A stretch of DNA of 45,121 nucleotides from Seison nebaliae (lineage: Eukaryota). The position numbers were made by a program, and so were the translations under genes. Numbering within the stretch: position 1 is the first letter of the stretch; each line of letters starts with the position of its first letter. Where the stretch lies: assembly GCA_023231475.1 (NCBI GenBank), contig JALJEE010000040.1, positions 1 through 45,121 of the forward strand, read 5' to 3'. The notes beneath the pieces are model-generated. The model searched no databases. It saw only the letters and a program-made list of their open reading frames with translations, and was not told the origin of the DNA. Positions 1 through 10,391 of this stretch are shown here, piece by piece.

Positions 1-3000
1 TTGTCCTGGAGCAGGTGTAGTTTTCATTAATGTGAAAGTTCCTACGTCTGAAAATGTTTAGTTATTTGGAAATATATTTGCAATTTTAAACTTGCAGTTG
101 GTTGACTAAATTGCATTGTAGGTTGAGCGAAACTGGTTGATTCAGAAGCACTCGGCAATAAACTAAATTCCATTGTTGGATGAACCTCTTGTTGGATAAT
201 TGGTTGAATTATCGATTCTACTCCACCACACTTACTTTTTGAGGTTTAAAAAAGAAAGTTATAGAAAGGTAAGAAATTGAAAACCATTTAGGACAAAGAC
301 GATCGTTCTCGCATTTACAATCTGAAATACAGGAATCTGAAATTTCGTCAAATTTTGTTCCTTCTGGACAATAACAACCCTCCAAACATTCTATCAAAAA
401 GTAGCGTCGAAATATTTTAAAAAACCAAACCTGATTTGTCGCAGGAATTGCTACAGTTTTTGTTTCCGCATGTGTAATATGAAAATCCTTTAGAACAATG
501 AAAAGGACAAAAATCTTTTGATCTGTAGTCAATAATCATATTAAATTTTTTTCGACATACATTGAACAATTCTTCCATCACATCACACATTGCAGAACAA
601 GATGTTGCTTCGCTACATTGACAAGATTCTTTCACACATATTTCATAGTAATATAATTGTTCTTCCTTTGATAACTTATTTAAACAACTTCTAAACGTTG
701 AAGAACTAGACTGTTTTTGTAGCAGTTTGCAACGATCTAGTGCCCAATTCTTACGCAGGGTATTATCTATACAACAAGAAGTTACATCCATTCGTTTCAT
801 TCTTTCTATATTGTTACATTTTCCTCGTTGATATTGTCTTATATAATCTATTGTCGAGGAAACTATCTTCCCGTTTTTAGATCTAGTTCAATAAATTTCA
901 ATTACAGTCCACTTTAAAAAAATTTTAATACTTCACATCATTTTCCGATTTGCCATCATTATCTCCACATATGCCATTTATATTCCGTAAGGTCTCGTTG
1001 ATGTCAATTGAAATTCTCATTCCTATCAGAAAAGATGAAATAACGATACTTTAGAAATAATACCATAGTTCCAAGTTAGTTTAAATTGTTCAGTTATCAC
1101 CATTAACGAAATGGTATTTTGTTCGAAAACTATATTGTTGATAGACTTTTTTCCTAATTTTGGTAACTTATATTCTCTCCCGTTTAATATTGGATCTTTA
1201 CCATTTAACAATCGAATGTTATCTCCATTATAATGAATTATTATGTTTTTTGTGCAAGTTTTCCCCTGAGTACCACAAGCAACATTCTCAAAAGATATAC
1301 GAAAAGGATTTTCTTTTTCGAACGATTCAATTAATGTAAATTGACATTCAGATATATGTTCCGTGATCTGTTGAGTTGGTATACTTTCAATATTAAGAGA
1401 ACGACCATCAAAAGTTCTGAAATGAGCATCTCCAAATATTTCACAGCTTGATGCACAATTTTCTGTTTTATTGCATTTCCATTGACCTTTCTGACATGTG
1501 CTAATATTGAAGAGTGTAATATTATTATAAAATAAATTTAATCAACTTACCATTTCGAACATTTTTGTTCGACAATTTCGTTTTTTTCGTAAATTTTATT
1601 GATATATTGACAAGGACATTCTTCAATTTCAATACAATTTCCATCCTAATTAATTAAAATTATCAGGTTACATCAAAACGGAAGGAAAGTTAACATATTT
1701 TAAAACGAAATTATCGGGACAACCACAGCCACTTTCGTATATTCCACAATCTGTCCAAATATCTTTATTTTCACAAGTTTTTTCGATGCAATTCGATGAA
1801 TCGAAGGCAATTCGATCTTTCTTCCATATCTTGATTCAAATAGAAGAGATCATTCAAACGTTTATGAAGTCAAAGAACTTGATTTTTTGGACATTCTCTC
1901 TTTCCTCCCTCTAGCGACCTTTTCTTAAAGGATGATTGAAATTTAATTTTGTATCCCGAATTTTCCACACTAATACCGTTGTCGTTATCACATTCTGGAT
2001 TTTCACAAATCCAATTTCCACTTTCAATACATTTACTAATTTTGTTATTAGAATTATTCATTAGTAGTTTATAGTTGTTATTACCACAATTGAACTAACC
2101 ATTTACCACAATTTGACAAGTGAAACTCTTGAGATATTTCGTAATATCTACTGCTTACATAACAAGGACATTCTTTGAAATGGAGACATCGTTTCTGTGA
2201 TTCATCATACAACATTCGAGAAGGACATGCACAACCGGACAAACAGATATCTTGTGCATCATCTGTGCATTTATAATCCTTTTCATTGGGACGACATGTT
2301 TTTAATCCACAATTGTCAATACAATGTTGCCATTCCATATTTCCAGTGCATTTATGATAATTCGATTGATTGTTAAATTTCTGAAAATATTCCGATTTTT
2401 GGACAAGATCATTTGGAATATAAATTCCAGAATGTTCACACATAGTCAAATAATAAATAATTAAAGATTTTAATTTATCTTCATTGTTTTGGTTTTGTAT
2501 ACATGCATGTATCATTTCATCTGGTTCAATTAATTCGTTACATTCTCTAAAAAGATGAGAAGTGAACATTTTCTGACATTTAGTCGATCTTATTGAAGAC
2601 TCAAATCCGTCTTCCTCTTCCATCTCATAATCTCCATTTTCGATTTCTTTTAAAAAATCGATTTCGTTATCATCATCCAACGAACGATGAATACGGTTTA
2701 GTTTAGATGTCTTTTGGTAACTTTGTATAAAATTGTCAGTGTTCAATTCAACTATTCCGCTCGATGTCAACATTTCGTCATTTGATTTATCGTTCAATGT
2801 TCCACATAAACCGAAAACGTTATCAAAATATAATGTGGTATTCAAATAAACATGAATTAATCCAAATTGACTAGATGTTATTCTCCATGTTTCTCCATCA
2901 ATTGACAGGAAATCTGTGGTTATCCATTCAATTTTTATCAAATTATTTTGGTAAGGAAACTCTTCAATAATTGCATGATTGAGATCTGCTCTCACCTCAT

Positions 3001-5144
3001 ATGGATAAGAATGTTTGAATTCCACAGAATAACGGATATAATCGTTCATATATAAATTTAGTCGATGAAAATCGTCAGTTAAAATTAAGGATATTTGAAG
3101 ATATTCCAAAAAATGTACTGTGGGTTTCAATTCGACTAATACGAATTCCTCTTGACTTGCAAATTGTTCATTCATATAAAAATATCCGTCAAATGTTCGA
3201 ATATTATTCGTTGGTAAAATGGAACAATGTCGTTTACAAGAATTCTCTGTACAATTCCAAGTTCCTTTCTGACAAATACTTTTTAAAGTTATATAAGATT
3301 GAGTTTTTTATAAGTTATATTATTAGAATTGCGATGAATTAATAAAATTATACAAACCACCGATTACAATCGATATCGATTTCTTCTTTGTTCAAATAAG
3401 TCTCTCTTCCATATTCACATCCACATTCTCTCATTTTCTCACATTTACCATTATCCATTCGTTTATATCCATCTTTACATTGACATCCAGAAACACAATT
3501 CTCATGGCATGAAATTATATCATTCTTTTTACAAGGATCTTCACGACAATTGGTAGCACATTCCACAAATATTTCATTTCTACCACAATCGATTTCTATT
3601 ATTCAACGTAAGAATCAAAGTGAAACGATATTCAATACTAACGACATAATTTCAATTGATTTCTCCAGTCAACATGAATGTTATTTTGGAAGCACATTCT
3701 TGAAAGAACATATCCAACAGAACATATTGTCTCCTGAAAATTCTCGTTACAAGAATCTTCATTACATAAATTGATAAATCTTTCGAACTATAAGGAATTT
3801 TTCTAAATTGTTCAGTTTTGAGACTAGATAAAAAAAACTTCGATTATTTTGTCAGTGGAAAGTTTCGAATAACATTCTCTAAATATGCTATGTTTATCCA
3901 AATATTTTTTACATTTCTTTTCAAATTTGAACGTACAATCATTTTTCCAATAACTAATCTGTTTCTTAACAAAATAATAATTATACCCGTTAAATTTTTT
4001 AAGAGATTGAATTCTAACTTCATCCATGTGAAAATGTTTCATGGAATATTTTTCCATTTGATCTAAATTATCATCTGAAAATTAAATTGAAGTTTTATCG
4101 AATAAAATTTAATATTTTCAATGAACCATTCTCAGCACCATTGTAATTGCCGCATAATCCTTTAATTTTTCCTTTATGATTGTCAGAAATATAAAGAATA
4201 TACAATCCGTGCTTATTCCATTGAAAAGTAAATTCATTGGCAAATATAATTTGTGTCCAATATTCGTTCATTCTTTCGATTGTAATACCTTTTTAATGAA
4301 TTTATTTAAACATAATTATTAGTTTTCTAATTTTAACCATCTTTATAATACGTTCCGTTTATGATTGTCCTTCCATCGATCGATATTTCATTCATCATAT
4401 TTAAACGAACATGAACATGATTTAGTAGAAGATTGACAGTCTTCAAAAAATGAATGAATTAATATAAAATGGTTTTCAAGAAAATGAAGATTTATGTGAA
4501 ACTTTTAAAACTGAAATATTTGTTTGTATATCTTTCAAATTAATATCGATGCTCCATGACCCGATCATATTCACTGATGCCAATTGATATTTTATTCTGT
4601 ATAGAAAATTTCCAAATGATAAAATTCTGGAAAAATATGAAAAATTCAACAATTTTTTTATTTGAAATATTTTCCCATCGAATGTCCGAATATTTCTTGT
4701 ACCAAACAGTAGACAATGTTCTGCTGCATCAGCAGTTGACCAATGGTCTAAATCATTTGATTTCTCATTTTTCTTTATGTTGCATCGACTACCTGTCCAT
4801 TGGGGACAACAAACATCTTTCTCTTGAACGAATGGACATGAATCGTTACTGACGCGCATTCTCATCAACAATTTTCTTAATTGTTTCAAATTTTTTCTAG
4901 ATCTTCTCTGAAATTCAGTACCTTGTAAATTGCGTATGTCTAATTTCCATGTGAATTCTTCATCATCCTTATATTGGTAATCAGACGGACATGGTTTGTG
5001 AGTTCGATTTGTAATCTGTTTACACCAATGTCCATCTTCTGAATTAGCATTGTGACTGTATGTCGACGTAACATTGACCAACACCAGGAAGAGAAAGACA
5101 ACAATCGATACCATTTGAACAATAGACATATCGACCAAATTCAT
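1..5144 (-). CDS. SCO-spondin-like / von Willebrand factor-mucin family secreted glycoprotein (signal peptide, EMI-like domain, D1-D2-D'-D3 assemblies of VWD-C8-TIL); runs off the window at the 3' end, about 1438 codons seen
   Basis: Reconstructed exons (minus strand): 5144-4651, 4596-4503, 4440-4338, 4288-4127, 4074-3839, 3787-3643, 3595-3358, 3278-2100, 2035-1879, 1829-1695, 1645-1551, 1500-1064, 1022-932, 882-431, 390-285, 234-92, 47-<1; all introns are GT-AG and phase-consistent. The N-terminus is a hydrophobic signal. GHWC...WKLDI...CPF...CCPQWTGSRC resembles the SCO-spondin N-terminal EMI region as I recall it. Three VWD starts (RTFDG x3) pair with GLCGNYNG, GLCGTLND and GICGDNDG. TIL repeats include CVSGCQC, CLSGCACP and CLEGCYCPEG, and FENVACGTQGKTCTK is typical of D3. 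The true start could be M1, M6 or M11. Confidence 0.88.
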
Positions 5145-5207
5145 CGATCCATATGATTTCTGTTTGTCATCTAATTTATTTGAAAATTTAAATTAGTTTT
5201 TCTTAAA

Positions 5208-5612
5208 TTAATATAAACTGGTTTTGTTGATTAACGCATCCTTATTTGTTGGTTTTAACTCAACATTCGAGTTATCATCATCATCGTTCTTCAAAGACAT
5301 CAAGAATGATTTCAATTTTGAATTTTCTTTTTCAGTCTTTGAACACAATTTTGAATGACCGGATGGATCATTATCATCGATATCTCCAATGTTAGCATCA
5401 GTCTGCACATTATTCACAATGTTCATTAATGAATCCTTCTCTTTGGGATTCTCTACTTTGTTGTCACTTGTACATTGTCCGTTAATAGTCAAATGTTTTA
5501 TATCGGGAATGTCCACCGCATTACTTCGTCTTAATGCTTTTCGACGTAATAATAGCGATGATTGGATGTCATCTAAATTGGCAAGAATAAAAGTTTTACC
5601 TTTTCTCCCCAT
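5208..5612 (-). CDS. Hypothetical 134-aa hydrophilic protein (orphan)
   Basis: Single ATG-initiated 405-nt ORF with protein-like composition (basic N-terminus RRKALRRSNA, acidic/polar C-terminus) in very AT-rich DNA; AATAAA at 5180-5175 downstream. No recognised domain. Confidence 0.55.
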   Translation of the reverse strand: MGRKGKTFILANLDDIQSSLLLRRKALRRSNAVDIPDIKHLTINGQCTSDNKVENPKEKDSLMNIVNNVQTDANIGDIDDNDPSGHSKLCSKTEKENSKLKSFLMSLKNDDDDNSNVELKPTNKDALINKTSLY

Positions 5613-6331
5613 AAATCATAGAAGACGATTCAAATATTTTTCGAAAATTCTAAAAGATCTTTTCCAAAATTTTATTAAATCTGTTCAACGAAAATTCCTT
5701 GTGTTTATATGCGTCCAAATTTTTATGAGTCACTCAATGGCATATTGGATTTCACTAACTATACGCCCACATCATATTATTAAAACGTAATATAAAACCG
5801 TCGTAAAATAGTTTTTAAGTGTTTGGTACCTTTAAAGATTTCATGGAAATATTTTACGATTTTCGTTTGTTTTAATTTATTAGTTACCAAAGAAGATGTT
5901 CATGTTATACAATACGAATCTCGGAATAAAACTTTCAATTGAAATGCTGAACTAAATAAATTTATTTATATGATCTCTATTATATTTTTAACGACACTTA
6001 CATAAGAGGTTGGAACAATAATTTGAAAAAAAACGAAGGTTCTGAAATAAAGTGAGAAATAGAATTAAGTAAGAAATTTATATCCATATAGGATTCAGAG
6101 AAATGAAATTATTTAAAATATCAGAAGCGTTTGGATGAGTAGATGTTTTATTTATGCATATAAAAGAGGATTAAATTAAGAACTCCCTTGTCAGATTTAA
6201 CCGTGAAGAACTTTATATTCTTTTAAGTTTAATATACACGAATAACATGCAATATAGCATCGTATTATAAGAATGTAAGGAATTTCTATCTGAGGGATGA
6301 CTATTTTTATTTTATTTAAAATTTTTTATAA

Positions 6332-6705
6332 TCAGTTCTGGTTTTTCTTTCCTTTTAATATTTCTTCAGGTTCATTGAAATTGCCTAGATAATTCGAATC
6401 CTTCATCATGAAAATTGTATAAGAAACTGGAAATGAGAAACAAATATTAACAGGATTGGAATTATTAAAAAATAAGTGGAAAAAAAGGAACATATGAGAA
6501 TAATCGAAACTGATAATCCAATTCCCAGACGTCGATTCTTCTTCAGAGAATTTTGCACTTGTTCACCTCTATTCCTATTGATGTTCGACGCTTTCTTCAT
6601 AAACATTTTCTCCGTTTTCGACAAGGAATTCATATCGATATTATCAGATAAATTCCTTCTTTGAGAAAAATTAGGAGACAATCGTCTCAATAATGAATTC
6701 ATCAT
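6332..6705 (-). CDS. COA3: Cytochrome c oxidase assembly factor 3 (COA3/CCDC56), 102 aa
   Basis: Exons 6705-6492 and 6426-6332 with a 65-nt GTTCCT...CAG intron. The spliced product reads ...KKNRRLGIGLSVSIILIFSYTIFMMKDSNYLGNFNEPEEILKGKKNQN*, fitting the COA3 pattern (basic-N-x-x-x-G, one TM helix, Y-T/S-I-F, then L-x-x-F-x-E-P). Confidence 0.8.
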
Positions 6706-7142
6706 TGAAAACGAATGATATTTTCTTTCCTTTTACAATATTATTATAAAAAACTTTATAAAAATTATTTCACAGACAACGCTCCGAATTGAACTAAAAA
6801 TAAATTTGAAAATTTTTCTTTGAAATTTTTTCAAAATTGTATTCACTTATATTCCGTATTTTTTTTATTTGTTTATCTCGGAAACTGAAGATTCTTGATA
6901 TAGCTCGTTAAGTTCGTAACGTGGAAACTTATTAATTTAATTAAGATAATATATAAGTTGATCTGTTAGAAATAGAGGAAAATTGAAATAAGTTTATTTC
7001 AGAATTTATTTTTAACAAAAATATTTCTTTCTTTCAAGCTGCATTGTATTGATATAAAAGTTCAATAACGTTTAGCGCGAAAAATCTTAAATGAAATTCT
7101 AATATTTATAATTATTGCTTTATAATCGTTTTTTCGTTCCAG

Positions 7143-8502
7143 ATGAATAGATTTAATAAGATTACTTTTAATTTACCCAAATTATTGCCATGTCAACATT
7201 CGTATTCGACATCAGCAACAACGTTCAAGAATCAAAGAATAAATGTTGAGAATTCGGTCGTTGAGATGGATGGTGATGAGATGACAAGAATTATTTGGGA
7301 GAAGATTAAAGAACAATTGATCTTTCCTTATTTAAAGATGGATATCAAATATTATGATCTTGGACTACCACATCGAGATAATACGAATGATCAAGTTACA
7401 GTTGATTGTGCTGATGCGATTAAGAAGTATAATGTTGGAATAAAATGTGCGACGATTACACCTGACGAAGCAAGAGTAGAAGAGTTCAATCTCAAATCGA
7501 TGTGGCCATCACCAAACGGAACGATTAGAAACATTCTTAATGGAACTGTATTTCGTGAACCAATTTTATGTAAAACTGTACCTCGTATTGTGTCAGGTTG
7601 GACGAAACCGATTATTATCGGTCGTCATGCTCATGGCGATCAATATAAAGCAACAGATTTTGTAACGAATCATGCAGGAAAATTGAAGCTGGTTTTCGAA
7701 CCATCAGACCCTAAACAACCCACGAAATCGATTCCAGTATTCAACTTTACTGAATGTGGCGGAGTTGGCTTAGCCATGTACAATACCGATGAGAGTATTG
7801 AAGGTTTCGCTCGCAGTTGTATGGAATATTCATTACTGAAGAAAATACCGTTGTATATGAGTACGAAAAATACAATCTTGAAAAAATATGATGGTCGATT
7901 TAAAGACATTTTCCAACATATCTATGACAAGTTTTTCTTTTGAATACTTTTCTAATTCTTTTCTGAAATTTAGAGAATATCGTGAAAAATATAACGAGAA
8001 GAAGATTTGGTATGAACATCGTTTGATTGATGATATGGTTGCACAGACGTTAAAATCAAGTGGAGATTTCGTTTGGGCTTGCAAGAATTACGATGGAGAC
8101 GTACAAAGTGATTTGGTGGCTCAAGGATACGGATCGTTGGGACTGATGACTTCAGTCTTAGTATGTCCTGATGGAAAAACTATCGAATCAGAAGCAGCTC
8201 ATGGAACGGTAACTAGACATTATCGAGAGCATCAGAAAGGAAATGAAACTAGCACCAACCCAATAGCTTCCATTTACGCATGGACAAGAGGTCTTCTTCA
8301 TCGAGCAACTTTGGATGGAAATGAACAATTGACACATTTCGCAGAATGTTTGGAAAAATCTTGCGTACAAACAGTTGATTCAGGAATCATGACAAAAGAT
8401 TTGGCACTCTGTATTCATGGAAAACAATTAGAGAGGAAACATTATGTTACTACAACCGATTATATTACTGCTGTTGAGAAACGGTTAAAGGAAATGTTAT
8501 AA
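7143..8502 (+). CDS. IDH2: NADP-dependent isocitrate dehydrogenase, mitochondrial, 438 aa
   Basis: Exons 7143-7930 and 7974-8502 with a 43-nt GTTTTT...TAG phase-2 intron. Motifs: [81 protein letters not shown]. The basic, Ser/Thr-rich N-terminal extension fits a mitochondrial transit peptide. Confidence 0.96.
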
Positions 8503-9094
8503 TCAAATTACCATCAGAACGAACATGGCAAATAAGAAAAATGATATTAAATATTAGTTTCAGATAATCAATTTAAAATTCTAAATAATTATCCAAAAAT
8601 TTAACAACCATTTCACAAACAGATTGACAATCAATCCTCAATTCTGAATTGCACTTAATTTAATTTAAATTCTCCCCAAACCTTTCTAGTATTAAACCAT
8701 AATATTTTGAATATTGATGACTAATAAATTTGCAGATGATTCATTCTTCGAAGAATTTGTTTATTCCCTTTTTCACATTTTGCACGAGGCATAACCAAAC
8801 ATATAATCTTGAAACTGAGGAAGTGCATGAAAAATAAACTTTAGGAAAAAGAATGATTAATTGTCGTTATCATGGTAATAATGAATCATTTGGGAATAGT
8901 TCATATTTCTCTATTTTATACATTAATTTTTATAATACTAACAGTAAAATGGATTTGTTCAATAATTTTAACTATATAAATTTTAGGCTGGATAATTCTC
9001 TTGAATTTTATCAGATAATTTAACATAAATATGGAGAAGTAATTGACGTGAGTAAATTTGCAAAAGAACGAGAGAATAAACATTTAAAAAGAGA

Positions 9095-10391
9095 ATGGCC
9101 ATTATAAATTTGAAAGAACGTTATCGTACGACTAATAACTGGATTACTAAAACATCGTCAGATGGTGAAGGAAATGATGGAACTGATTCGGAGATTATTA
9201 CGACAGAACTTTATTCGAAAGGAAAAGTTTCGATCGATATTGAACAGAATCCAATTCCGAAAAGTCTTCATTTTCCTTCAATTGAAATTGCATCAATTCT
9301 CTAAAAGATAGAAAAATCAATGCATTCATGTCAAAAGAATGGAATCAGTTGTTCGATAAAGTCAATCTGATATTGGAGATGCAATATCAATTCCAAAGCG
9401 ATCTTCGAACATTATCATCGAATTATAATGAATTATTTCAACAAACATCTTCTGGTAATTTAAAAGAAACCGAAAAAGTTTCATTTTTCCATCATTTTCT
9501 TTTTCATTATACCATTCATGTTTATAGAATATTAGTATTAGTAATGGGAAATTATTGAAAACGTTGAGATCATTAAAAAATCAATTGTCGGATATTCATG
9601 ACGAGAAACAAAAAGTTGAACAAATTCCTGATGGTCTTCAAATTTCTTCAATTTATTCCAATAAATTTCCATAAAATTTTAGATGATGCTGATAAAGCAT
9701 TGATTAGAGCTTATGCGATGCAATATACAGGATTGTCGGATATGATGGAGGAATTGGTAGAACAATTCTATGTGATGCAAGCGAAACATAAGACGAAGAA
9801 AGACGAATTTCTTGTACGAACATACAAAATTAACAATCCAACTGTCTCTTATGAAGATTCTGTCGATTATGTACAGAAAGCGATAGCTGAAGCTATTGAT
9901 CAGGATGGTTCACCTCAATTCATTTGTTATTTATTATGAAAATTAATTTTTATTAGGTAATGAATCAGCTGCAATTACGAGAATCATTCCACAAGCTCGA
10001 GTACTCACTGCGATAAATGATGAAAGGAGAAAGTTGACAGATGTGCAGGAACGATATTCAAATTTTCAAAAGATCGAACAAGGATTGGTTGAAGTGAGAG
10101 ATTTATTCTTTCAAGTTTGCTTTCATTCTTCTTCAAAAGATGAATTCATCTGATTTCTGATAGACAGAAATGATGGTGAAGGAACAAGGAGATATATTGA
10201 CGAGTATATCGGGAACGGTGTTATCTGCTGGCGATTATGTCGATAAAGCGAAAGACGAATTCAAAGAAGCAGTCAAATATCAGAAATCTGCTCGACGAAA
10301 AAAAGTGATTTGCTCTATCATCGCCGTTGTTGTTATAGCAATAATTATTGGAATTATTATCGCTGTAGAAGTTGGAAAGAAGAAAAAATGA
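9095..10391 (+). CDS. Syntaxin-1-family (Qa) t-SNARE, divergent, 351 aa
   Basis: Exons 9095-9263, 9308-9477, 9528-9633, 9683-9907, 9957-10114, 10164-10391 (introns 44, 50, 49, 49, 49 nt). The SNARE motif QERYSNFQKIEQGLVEVRDLFFQTEMMVKEQGDIL...DYVDKAKDEFKEAVKYQKSARRKK has the zero-layer Gln and is followed by a C-terminal TM anchor. Confidence 0.9.

Noticed and set aside
7888..7973. Apparent frameshift or split IDH (two overlapping ORFs)
   Set aside because: A 43-nt GT-AG intron (7931-7973) restores a continuous IDH2 frame.
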